Part shown: in pieces, positions 16,790 through 25,447 of the stretch
How the letters are laid out: each line of letters opens with the position of its first letter
Numbering within the stretch: position 1 is the stretch's first letter
Program-made: the position numbers and the translations under genes
Notes under the pieces: model-generated
Seen by the model: the letters and a program-made list of their open reading frames with translations, nothing else
What the model was told of the DNA's origin: nothing
The model's database searches: none
Assembly: GCF_000020025.1 (NCBI RefSeq)
Contig: NC_010628.1
Location: 6,390,001 to 6,422,000 of the forward strand
Length of the DNA stretch: 32,000 nucleotides
Direction of reading: 5' to 3'
DNA from: Nostoc punctiforme PCC 73102
GTDB taxonomy: Bacteria; Cyanobacteriota; Cyanobacteriia; Cyanobacteriales; Nostocaceae

Positions 16790-19700
16790 TAAAAATCCTT
16801 CACAAATTCCGTCAAGAACCTAAACGCCTTCAAAATATAACTAGCGCAATCTCTAGGAGAAGTATTGTAAAACGATCGCCATGCACTCGCCTTATCCTCA
16901 TCATAGCGATCGCTGCGTTGACTATGGTTTTCTAACCACGCCAATCGCACTGCGTGTCCAATCAATACATCTAACACAATATATTCTTCGATTTGCAGCT
17001 TGGGATTATTAGCTGCGATCGCAGCTAATTCGATTAATGCTTCAATATTAACTTGGCGATATTCTGGAGCTTCGATTTTATTCAGCAAATGCTCAACTAA
17101 CAGAGCAAAATTTCTTTCCCCTGCTGTCATCTCGGACAACATTATCTCACTATCTAAACGATTGCGGCGCTCTAGTTTATCCCCAATAACTAGACCCTTG
17201 CAATGTTGCATTAATAGCCAAACCTGCTTGAAAAAGTCTTTTGGTACGCGCCCAGTCGCACCCTCGGCTTGACGAAACCGCCGCCAACCACCTGGTGGAA
17301 CTTCTATTCCTTCGGCGATTCCTGGTAACACCACCCAAGCAATATCACTTTCTTTTTGCTTGACGTGTAGTGATTCTTGTTGGCGTAACAGGTTACTCAT
17401 GCCAGTATATCCAGTTAATACCTGACGCAAGCGCATTTTCACTTCAAAGGGTGAAAGTTGCATTAAGCGATCGTAAGCTTCATCTTGAGTGACATCCAAT
17501 TTCTGCGCTAGTTCGCTGGTTATCAATAAGATGAGATAGCCGACTCTCAGCGTCAGCAGTCCCTGAAATAATTGGGGTTCTGAGCGAATTAAGATACCAA
17601 GATAGATTAAAATCTCTTGAGTTAGGACGCGATCGCGGATATCTTCACGACAAAAATGATTAATTTTATCGGCAATTTCATCGTGTGACATGGGTACAGT
17701 AATCAAGGACGCTTCACTGTAAGCTTTACCTACAGCAATTTGCTTACCCCTTACCAAAATACTCGTTACTGCATCTGATAGGCTGATATCAACCATTTGC
17801 CGTAATCCAGCAGCCCGACGCACTACTGCCCAAATGCCTAAATCTCCAGCTTTGGTGTAAACTTCATCAAGTAAATCGCCTACGGTGACAGGATATCCTG
17901 GGCCGCCATACCCTGTATCAAATTTCATTCCCTGCAAGCGAGTTAAAGTTTGCAATAACTCAATTTGCTCGTAGATATTCTCTGAAGCACGCAAAGAAGA
18001 AAGTAATAATCCGAAATTGGTTTCACACTCCATCTGAAATTCTTGAGTATGCCCTAAGCGCCAGTTTTTATCAGGATGATAAGCCAAATAATAGCAATGT
18101 GGGCTAGCATTTTTAACTGGCGATCGCGAGAATTCTGCATTGGGAAGAAAATCAATTCTTTGGATTCCAGCCGTCAGCATTAACTGATTTAGCCGCCCTA
18201 ATTTCACTCGCACACCGTTACAAATACCATCTTTTAGTTCTTGCATCAATTCTAGTAATGCTTCCGAACCACTTTCTAACATGGTGTGCGTCAACATTAA
18301 AGTCAAGGTAGGACGACCTAAATCGCTCCAATATTTTTGGATGTAAGCTAGTTCGCTTCTAATTTGATCTAACAGAAAATGGTAATCAAGGGTTAAGTAA
18401 AATTGTTGAGAGTCTGAGAATGAAGGCAAAAATACAATTGTTTCACCACGAATCCGAAAGATTCTAGATGTTGTCAAACTCCGCAGCCGTCGAACTGGTC
18501 GCCCAGTTAAACCAAGTTTATCGTTACGTCCGATTTGGGTATAAATAGCTGAGAATTCTCCAGCTTTTCTCACCTGAATCGGTTCTACTTGAGTAGGCGT
18601 TTGCGCTTCTATTCCGTGAACTTCTAGTTTAGTTTGTAAATCTTCATCTTCTGCTAACAAGGCAATTTGTACCAATGCTTCGCGCTGTTTGCCCACACAC
18701 AAATGTCTTCCCAAAGGATCGATATCACCAACCGCTAGTAACCCTTCACTCAACATTTCACCGAGAAAATATAAACTCTGCGCCCACACCAAAGGGACAT
18801 TTTCATTGGGCAAACGTGGTTGCGTTTGGGGTGCTAACTTTTCTGCTTCTATGTTTTCGCCTGAGACATAATATAGTTCTGGCAGTAAACGCAAACCATC
18901 TTGTTCTATAAGTAATGATTCTAAAAGTTCTTGGTATTTTTTTACTTGTTCTTGCTCACCGCAAAATAATCCATCTAAAACTAAATAAGTGAAAAATAAC
19001 GGCCATTCGCATTCAATATGCTCAAATTGCTTGAGTTCCCACGGTTCGTAGTGCAAGCGCTGATTATCTTCTAAAACCGTCTGGTGCCCATCCCGCAAAA
19101 AGCGTTTGCAGCCGTATTTACCTGCGAGTTTATTGATAATATCGTTTAAAGTGCGATCGCGTAACTCCAAATCTTCCACTGCAAAGGCAGGATAACTAAT
19201 AATACTCAACAGCGCCGCATCAATTTCTTTGGAACCAGATTCCCTCGGTAATAGCGATTCTAAAGTAATCCGGGCGCGGGCGATTTCATCTGGTAGCACA
19301 TGAATCACCGATGCTTGACTACCACGCACACCAAACAAATCCAGTCCGTTGATAGCTTCTAAAGCAGCTTTTGCCATACCTACGGAACTGGCATTTAACT
19401 CAGCATTACCACGATTAATTTTATTACCGCGTTCCCAAATGCCGTAATCCGGTGTGCGGTAAGCTCGTCCAATGTAGTAAACCAAATTTTGGACGAAATT
19501 GACTTCATCAATCGTATAAATTATTTGCAATCCTGCTGCGGTCATTTGCGCCAATATCAGCAAAAATATAGATGTGGCATCAAGTTGCAAATGTCCCCAT
19601 TCATCATCACCAACAACAATGTCACCGGTTGCGGTATTATATTTGGCGTGCAGTCCATCGAGTAGCGACTGAGTATGTTTAAATGTCTCTACTTTATGAG

Positions 19701-19995
19701 CCTGTCGCATCATCGCAAATAACAACCCGCGCATCAGTTTGATGACACTGTGTTCTAGTTCATAAGTGCGTCCCTTATCGTCATCAATCTTGCGGTATGC
19801 AAGCCCTAAACCCCAAACTGCCAAAATACTATAAACATTGTCTCGCACCCAGGCATCTGTATAATCGCCGTGGGCTGTAATCGCTGTACTCGCAGGTAGT
19901 AAACCAGTAATCGGATTTTGCCGAGCCAGGATAATTGTCTTGATTTGCTGGTAGTAATAGTCCAGACGAGCTAGCAATTCGGTAGATGTTTTCAT
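16789..19995 (-). CDS. Glycoside hydrolase family 15 (glucoamylase-like) / phosphorylase-kinase alpha-beta-like large protein
   Basis: The track start at 20019 is TTG. I prefer the ATG at 19995 (MKTSTELLARLDYYY...), giving 1068 aa. N-terminal GH15-like segments are GDYTDAWVRDNVYSILAVWGL, GHLQLDATS and PDYGIWERG. A long C-terminal extension matches the cyanobacterial proteins usually annotated as phosphorylase kinase alphabeta. Confidence 0.8.
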   Translation of the reverse strand: MKTSTELLARLDYYYQQIKTIILARQNPITGLLPASTAITAHGDYTDAWVRDNVYSILAVWGLGLAYRKIDDDKGRTYELEHSVIKLMRGLLFAMMRQAHKVETFKHTQSLLDGLHAKYNTATGDIVVGDDEWGHLQLDATSIFLLILAQMTAAGLQIIYTIDEVNFVQNLVYYIGRAYRTPDYGIWERGNKINRGNAELNASSVGMAKAALEAINGLDLFGVRGSQASVIHVLPDEIARARITLESLLPRESGSKEIDAALLSIISYPAFAVEDLELRDRTLNDIINKLAGKYGCKRFLRDGHQTVLEDNQRLHYEPWELKQFEHIECEWPLFFTYLVLDGLFCGEQEQVKKYQELLESLLIEQDGLRLLPELYYVSGENIEAEKLAPQTQPRLPNENVPLVWAQSLYFLGEMLSEGLLAVGDIDPLGRHLCVGKQREALVQIALLAEDEDLQTKLEVHGIEAQTPTQVEPIQVRKAGEFSAIYTQIGRNDKLGLTGRPVRRLRSLTTSRIFRIRGETIVFLPSFSDSQQFYLTLDYHFLLDQIRSELAYIQKYWSDLGRPTLTLMLTHTMLESGSEALLELMQELKDGICNGVRVKLGRLNQLMLTAGIQRIDFLPNAEFSRSPVKNASPHCYYLAYHPDKNWRLGHTQEFQMECETNFGLLLSSLRASENIYEQIELLQTLTRLQGMKFDTGYGGPGYPVTVGDLLDEVYTKAGDLGIWAVVRRAAGLRQMVDISLSDAVTSILVRGKQIAVGKAYSEASLITVPMSHDEIADKINHFCREDIRDRVLTQEILIYLGILIRSEPQLFQGLLTLRVGYLILLITSELAQKLDVTQDEAYDRLMQLSPFEVKMRLRQVLTGYTGMSNLLRQQESLHVKQKESDIAWVVLPGIAEGIEVPPGGWRRFRQAEGATGRVPKDFFKQVWLLMQHCKGLVIGDKLERRNRLDSEIMLSEMTAGERNFALLVEHLLNKIEAPEYRQVNIEALIELAAIAANNPKLQIEEYIVLDVLIGHAVRLAWLENHSQRSDRYDEDKASAWRSFYNTSPRDCASYILKAFRFLTEFVKDF

Positions 19996-20220
19996 GATTT
20001 GGTTCAGAACTACTTGCAAAATTCGACCCTGTGACTGTGAACTAAACCAAGCCAGAACAAGTTTTGTAATCGGCGATGGGACAACAGCTAAGGGTGGTAT
20101 GAGTTTCTTATTATCTCGTGTTAGTAGACCTCTGGGTACTGAATTTTAGTGATCGCAAACTAAAATACGATTTACTTAGGCTGTTTTATACTTAAAATGT
20201 TGAAGCTTATTACTGGGGGT

Positions 20221-20384
20221 CTTTTTGGGGCAGTGCGATCGTTAATCGCGTCGTAGAATTAGCTCAAAAACACGGTGTTAAACCAACACAAATTGCCCTA
20301 TCTTGGCTATTGCACCAACAACGGTAGTTGGTGCTAGTAAGATAGAGCATCTAAAAAAGCAGTTATTGGTGTGACTTGCAGATT
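20221..20384 (+). pseudogene. Aldo/keto reductase C-terminal remnant (frameshifted, internally deleted)
   Basis: One frame reads ...SAIVNRVVELAQKHGVKPTQIALSWLLHQQ then a stop. After a +1 shift the text continues VVGASKIEHLKKQLL. Together these match the AKR C-terminus pattern (..ELAxxHGVxPxQxALAWLLxQ..VxxxIxGASKxEHLxE). A possible further fragment (..SRPLGTEF, compare SLxRLGTDY) lies at about 20069-20146 in a third frame. Confidence 0.55.
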
Positions 20385-20428
20385 TTCGACTAATTGAGTC
20401 TGGTAGAAACCTCAATTAAACACCCAAA

Positions 20429-20770
20429 TTAACTTTGGTAGGGGCGCGGCAGTTGGCGCAGTTGATGAGCAGTATCCAATTCACTATTGTTTTTTCTGCC
20501 ATACCCCCAACCCAAGATGCGACGATATTCACCCATGATGCCACTTTCAATTAAATCATCCTCATTGACTGCAACATTGGTATGAGATTGGGGCGCAACA
20601 TAGAGTGCATCCGCAGGACAATAAGCCTCACACATGAAACAAGTTTGACAGTCTTCTTGTCGAGCGATCGCAGGTGGTTGGTTAGGTACGGACTCAAAGA
20701 CATTGGTAGGACATACTTGGACGCACACATTGCAATTGATACAGAGTTTATGGCTGACAAGCTCGATCAT
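20429..20770 (-). CDS. 2x[4Fe-4S] ferredoxin-type protein
   Basis: I prefer the ATG at 20770 (MIELVSHKLCINCNVCVQVCP...), giving 113 aa. Two CxxCxxCxxxCP motifs are present (CINCNVCVQVCP and CQTCFMCEAYCP). It lies 13 nt downstream of the flavoprotein remnant on the same strand. Confidence 0.8.
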   Translation of the reverse strand: MIELVSHKLCINCNVCVQVCPTNVFESVPNQPPAIARQEDCQTCFMCEAYCPADALYVAPQSHTNVAVNEDDLIESGIMGEYRRILGWGYGRKNNSELDTAHQLRQLPRPYQS

Positions 20771-20783
20771 GATACTGCTCCTG

Positions 20784-22283
20784 CTACAACTTTGATACAG
20801 AGGGTGTGATTTGAGTGGTTGGTACTGGTGATGTAGCGATGGCGTTCTGCTCGTCGTAGGCGATCGCATCCGTTAGCCAATCACGCCTCACCCATAGACG
20901 ATCTAAGCCGCCGGTTGCCTGATAATAACGCTGATTTGGATCGGTTTCGGGATAGTCCATGCGAATATGTTCGCTGCGGGTTTCCGTGCGATGTAAAGCA
21001 CTAAAATATGCCCATCGCGCTACAGCCGTGAGAGCAGCCGCTCGCCGAGAAAATTCCACATCGCGCACTGTATCTTGTTTCGGGTTCGTCTTTACCTGCT
21101 GCCACAACGTTTCTAATTTGGCCAGGGAATCCAAAAGTCCTTGCTCACAGCGCAAGTAATTCTTCTCTAAGGGGAACATCTGCGCTTGTACACCGCGCAT
21201 GATCGCTTCGCTATCGAATGTTTCAGATGTGGGAAACTGTGATGGGCTACGCAATCCGGCTTGACCAGCAGGATGCACCACCCGTTCATGAGCATGAGTG
21301 CCCAGACTTTTCGCAAAAGCTGCTGCACCAACTCCTGCCCATTGTCCTGTGGAGATTGCCCAGGCAGCATTGGGACCACCACCCCCAGAAGCTAAACCTG
21401 CTAAAAACTCCCGCGATGCAGCATCACCGGCGGCGTAGAGTCCAGGAACCTTTGTACCACAACTATCATTCACAATCCGAATTCCACCCGTACCACGGAC
21501 TGTACCTTCTAAAATCAGTGTTACAGGTACTCGTTCTGTATAGGGGTCAATGCCAGCTTTTTTATAGGGTAAAAAAGATATGAAATGAGACTTTTCAATC
21601 ACCGCCTTGACTTCAGGTGTAGCTCGATCCAAACGGGCATAAACGGAGCCTTTCAGGAGGGCATTGGGAAGAAACGATGGATCGCGACGACCATTGACAT
21701 AGCCACCAAGATCGTTGCCTACTTCATCGCTGTAACTAGCCCAGCCAAAGGGAACACCTCTTGTCACCGTGGCATTAAAAGCGGTCGAGATGGCATAGTG
21801 ATTAGAAGCTTCCATACTGGAGAGTTCACCGCCAGCTTCTACTGCCATTAGCATTCCATCACCTATATTTGTATTGCACCCTAATGCTTTACTCAAGAAT
21901 GCACAACCACCATTAGCCAGGACTACTGCACCAGCGCGAACAGTATAGGTACGATGATTTTGTCTCTGCACACCTCTTGCTCCAGCCACTGAGCCGTCAT
22001 CAGCCAATAAAAGCTCTAGAGCAGGACTTTGGTCAAGAATCTGAACCCCAACACGCAATAGGTTCTTACGAAGTACCCGCATATATTCAGGGCCATAATA
22101 ACTCTGGCGCACAGATTCCCCATTTTCTTTGGGAAAACGATAGCCCCACTTTTCAACTAGAGGCAAACTGAGCCAAGTTTTTTCAATGACACGCTCGATC
22201 CAACGTAAGTTAGCTAGGTTTTTTCCTGCGCGATAACGCTCCCATAAAACTTTGTCCCAATTCTCTTCGGAATCGGGTTTGGG
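20784..22283 (-). pseudogene. FAD-dependent oxidoreductase (SdhA/FrdA/AprA-like flavoprotein), 5'-truncated
   Basis: The reading frame is open from 22283 (PKPDSEENWDKVLWERYRAGKNLANLRWIERVIEKTW...) and has no ATG or GTG before the TTG at 22166. The N-terminal dinucleotide-binding GxGxxG segment expected in this family is absent. The sequence upstream of 22284 is AT-rich non-coding. The rest looks intact (AVVLANGGCAF, GLYAAGDAAS). Confidence 0.65.
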
Positions 22284-22811
22284 TTAAAGGTTTTTTCTTT
22301 CTCCTTTTACCCTTTTCCCCAAAACCCGAGAAGTATTGAAAGTGAAGTCTCTAAATGGATTTTTTTGTATATCCACCAGCATTTAATAGAATCTTTTCTT
22401 TGATTCGCCGTGCATTAATTACTGTATATCAGCCCTTATATAGAAATCCTATTTTATCCAAACAGAATTCTTCAATTTTGTCCAGGTAACTATGCATGAA
22501 GTTGCTTGATACAAAATACTATTTATTAATGTTGTAAATATTTTGACTCTGTGAATTTTGCGAGTAAATTCATTGATTGGCTTGACATAGCTTCTAGCAG
22601 TAGTAAAATCTACTTTAATTACACAAAAATTACCTAAAATTTAAGGCAATTAAATTAGTCATAAATATTACAGATGCTGAATGCTAATATTCAGTGTCTA
22701 CCTGAGAGCGCGATTCCGGGTTAGGATGATGACTAGCAATGCCTTAATTTAGATATCGATATTGAATTGTTGAAATTTTATGGACCATAGTCCACCAGAT
22801 GGCAGTATCAA

Positions 22812-22861
22812 CCTCCTCTGAGCTGGCGAGGAAGTCTCCCAGCGCGGGGGAGACTTAGGAG
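22812..22861 (+). promoter_or_regulatory. Candidate structured 5' leader of mgtE (two overlapping hairpins plus anti-SD-like CCTCCT)
   Basis: Hairpin 1 is CCTCCTC (22812-18) / GAGGAAG (22828-34). Hairpin 2 is AAGTCTCCC (22832-40) / GGGAGACTT (22848-56), 9 bp and perfect. The two share nt 22832-34. SD AGGAG lies at 22857-61. Confidence 0.3.
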
Positions 22862-22870
22862 ATATATCTC

Positions 22871-24223
22871 ATGCTCACACAAGATATTCGTGATTTGCTG
22901 ACTGATACTACCGATTTAAACCAGTTGAAATGGGATTTAAATCGCTTGCAACCTGTGGATGTGGGAGATTACATTACACAATTGCCTGAGAAACAACGCG
23001 CGATCGCATTCCGTTTACTCAACAAAGCTCAGGCAATCGATGTATTTGAATATCTGCCTACAGAGGTGCAGGAAGAACTAATTAATTCTCTGCATGATGT
23101 CCAAGTAGTGCAACTTGTAGAAGCAATGAGTCCCGACGAACGGGCAGAATTGTTTGATGAATTACCTGCTGGGGTAATCAAACGGCTATTGCAAGAACTG
23201 AGTCCAGAACAAAGGCAAGCAACAGCAACGATTCTCGGCTATCCAGAAGGCACGGCTGGACGGGTGATGACAACCGAATATGTCCGGTTGCGGCAAGGAT
23301 TGACTGTAGGTGAAGCCCTAAGTAAAATCCGCCGTCAGGATGAAGACAAAGAGTCGATTTACTACGCCTACGTTACTGATGACAACCGGACACTAGTGAG
23401 AGTAGTTTCACTGCGCCAGTTGCTGTTTACCTTTCCCGATGTTTTCATCAAGGATATTTCTAGCGATCGCGTCATCAAAGTTAGAACTGAAACTCCTCAA
23501 GAAGAAGTGGCGCGAATCATGCAGCGCTACGACTTAATCGCTATCCCGGTTGTTGATCGGGAAGACCGATTGGTTGGCATCGTCACCATTGATGATGTCA
23601 TGGATATTTTGGAAGAGGAAGCCACAGAAGATATTCAAAAACTCGCGGGTGTGAGTGGTGATGAAGCGGCTTTATCCTCTCCCCTACTCACCATCCGCAA
23701 CCGCTTGCCTTGGCTGTTGGGCATCATGGCTATGTATATTGGTGCAGCCAGTGCGATCGCGCCTTTTCAATCTGTAATTGCCGCAGTGCCAGTGCTAGCA
23801 GTAATCATGCCAATTTTTTCTAACACTGGTGGTACTGTCGGTATTCAATCATTAACGGTGACAATTCGCGGCTTGGGAGTGGGTGAGGTAACACCCAAAG
23901 ACACTTTGAAAATTCTCCGCAAAGAACTTCTAGCTGGTTTAGGTACAGCCCTCGCTTTAGCCACAACGATGATCCTGCTTTCCTTAATTTGGGCGCGACC
24001 CCAAGAGCGATGGGTGGCTTTAATTGCCGGAATGGTAATGGCAACTAATACAATTGTGGCTGTTACACTCGGCACTTTACTGCCAATGGCTTTGAAACGA
24101 CTGAAACTTGATCCTGCTTTGGTTAGTGGCCCGTTAGTGACTACAATGCTAGATACAATTGGATTTTTAACGTTCCTCAGCTTAATTTCTCTAGCTTTAA
24201 ACGTTTTCCATTTACCAACTTGA
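22871..24223 (+). CDS. mgtE: Magnesium transporter MgtE
   Basis: 450-aa ORF with AGGAG 9 nt upstream of the ATG. It has an N-domain, tandem CBS domains (..LIAIPVVDREDRLVGIVTIDDVMDILEEEATEDI) and a C-terminal 5-TM MgtE channel domain. Confidence 0.92.
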   Translation: MLTQDIRDLLTDTTDLNQLKWDLNRLQPVDVGDYITQLPEKQRAIAFRLLNKAQAIDVFEYLPTEVQEELINSLHDVQVVQLVEAMSPDERAELFDELPAGVIKRLLQELSPEQRQATATILGYPEGTAGRVMTTEYVRLRQGLTVGEALSKIRRQDEDKESIYYAYVTDDNRTLVRVVSLRQLLFTFPDVFIKDISSDRVIKVRTETPQEEVARIMQRYDLIAIPVVDREDRLVGIVTIDDVMDILEEEATEDIQKLAGVSGDEAALSSPLLTIRNRLPWLLGIMAMYIGAASAIAPFQSVIAAVPVLAVIMPIFSNTGGTVGIQSLTVTIRGLGVGEVTPKDTLKILRKELLAGLGTALALATTMILLSLIWARPQERWVALIAGMVMATNTIVAVTLGTLLPMALKRLKLDPALVSGPLVTTMLDTIGFLTFLSLISLALNVFHLPT

Positions 24224-24227
24224 AGGG

Positions 24228-24320
24228 ATTGGGCATTGGGCATGGGGCATTGGGCATTGATTACTCCCTTATCTCCCCCAGTCCTTCAGTTCCAATCACC
24301 AGTCTCCAGTCCCCAGTCCC
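24228..24320. repeat. STRR-type heptamer arrays (ATTGGGC x4, then AGTCYCC = CCCCAGT type)
   Basis: ATTGGGC|ATTGGGC|ATGGGGC|ATTGGGC at 24228-24255. AGTCTCC|AGTCCCC|AGTCCC at 24301-24320. Together they fill almost the whole mgtE-pyrB spacer. Confidence 0.85.
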
Positions 24321-24325
24321 AAAAT

Positions 24326-25354
24326 ATGCCTACTACCACCTGGAATCGTCATCACATTCTTTCCCTAGCCGACTTCACTACCACTGAATACGATACTGTT
24401 TTGCAAACTGCTGCCAGTTTTCAAGAGGTGCTATCGCGGCGGACGAAGAAAGTGCCAACCTTGCAGGGACAGGTAGTGGCGAATTTATTTTTTGAATCTT
24501 CTACCCGGACTCGCAGCAGTTTTGAACTCGCGGCGAAACGTTTAAGTGCGGATACGCTAAATTTTGCCGCCGCTACATCTTCGATGACTAAGGGAGAAAC
24601 AATTCTCGACACGGCGAAGACTTATTTGGCAATGGGAACTGATATTATGGTAGTCCGCCATCGAGAGGCAGGAGTACCAAATGCGATCGCGGCTGAAATG
24701 GATCGTTTAGGTGTACGAGTTAGTGTCCTGAATGCTGGTGATGGTCAACATGAGCATCCTTCCCAAGCACTGCTAGATTTATTTACCATTTGTACTCTAA
24801 TTGACCCAGCTAGTCCCCGACTGGAACTTTTAAAGGGGAAAAAGATTGCCATTGTTGGAGATATTCTTCATTCTCGCGTGGCGCGATCAAATATTTGGAG
24901 TTTAATCGCCAGTGGAGCCGAAGTCCATCTGGCAGCACCACCAACCCTCTTACCCAAATTATTTGCCGAGTACATCTCTGAAGAGTTAGGGGTCAGAAGT
25001 CAGGAGTTATCCTCCCACTTCCCCACTCCGCCACTTTTTCTACATTGGCAGCTAGAACCAGCTTTACAAGATGCCGACTTTGTGATGACTCTGCGCCTAC
25101 AAAAAGAGCGTATGACAGCTCATTTATTGCCAAGTTTGCGAGAATATCATCAGCTATTTGGCATTACACGTACAGAATTGCAACTTTGTAAACCTAATGT
25201 TAAAGTTTTGCATCCAGGCCCCGTTAACCGTGGTGTTGAAATTAGTTCTGAATTGATGGATGATCCAGAATTTAGTCTTATTCAATCGCAAGTTACTAGC
25301 GGTATCGCTGTTCGCATGGCGCTACTATATTTGTTAGGTAGCGGCAAAGCTTAA
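24326..25354 (+). CDS. pyrB: Aspartate carbamoyltransferase catalytic subunit
   Basis: The track start at 24236 lies in heptamer repeats. I prefer the ATG at 24326 ([13 protein letters not shown]...), giving 342 aa. Contains [17 protein letters not shown] (STRTR), [10 protein letters not shown] (HPxQ) and [10 protein letters not shown]. Confidence 0.9.
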   Translation: MPTTTWNRHHILSLADFTTTEYDTVLQTAASFQEVLSRRTKKVPTLQGQVVANLFFESSTRTRSSFELAAKRLSADTLNFAAATSSMTKGETILDTAKTYLAMGTDIMVVRHREAGVPNAIAAEMDRLGVRVSVLNAGDGQHEHPSQALLDLFTICTLIDPASPRLELLKGKKIAIVGDILHSRVARSNIWSLIASGAEVHLAAPPTLLPKLFAEYISEELGVRSQELSSHFPTPPLFLHWQLEPALQDADFVMTLRLQKERMTAHLLPSLREYHQLFGITRTELQLCKPNVKVLHPGPVNRGVEISSELMDDPEFSLIQSQVTSGIAVRMALLYLLGSGKA

Positions 25355-25447
25355 TCCTGACAATACATTTTCACCTGATAATTGGCAGATTTTACACTTC
25401 TGTATTCTATCCAGTTCCGATATATTTCTAACTCCTAAGTTTCTTAC

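Noticed and set aside
20771-20869. N-terminal 33-codon extension of the ferredoxin ORF
   Set aside because: It overlaps the 3' end of the flavoprotein frame. The ATG at 20770 gives a typical ~110-aa 2x[4Fe-4S] ferredoxin.
21218-21851. 121-aa and 88-aa plus-strand ORFs
   Set aside because: Antisense shadows of the flavoprotein frame, with no recognisable motifs.
22680-22870. M-box (ykoK) Mg2+ riboswitch upstream of mgtE
   Set aside because: Only vague resemblance (GGGTTAGGATGA versus the GUUAGGUGAGG core). I cannot recognise the multi-helix consensus, so I kept it only as an unspecified structured-leader candidate.
23845-24243. 132-aa minus-strand ORF
   Set aside because: Antisense shadow ORF inside mgtE. 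It has no motif, and mgtE is strongly supported.
24228-24320. Possible CRISPR-like array, here and at the other tandem repeats
   Set aside because: The repeat unit is 7 nt with no spacers. These are STRR-type heptamer arrays, not CRISPR.
24236-24325. N-terminal 30-codon extension of pyrB
   Set aside because: It is encoded entirely by ATTGGGC and AGTCCCC heptamer repeats. The ATG at 24326 gives a normal-length PyrB.
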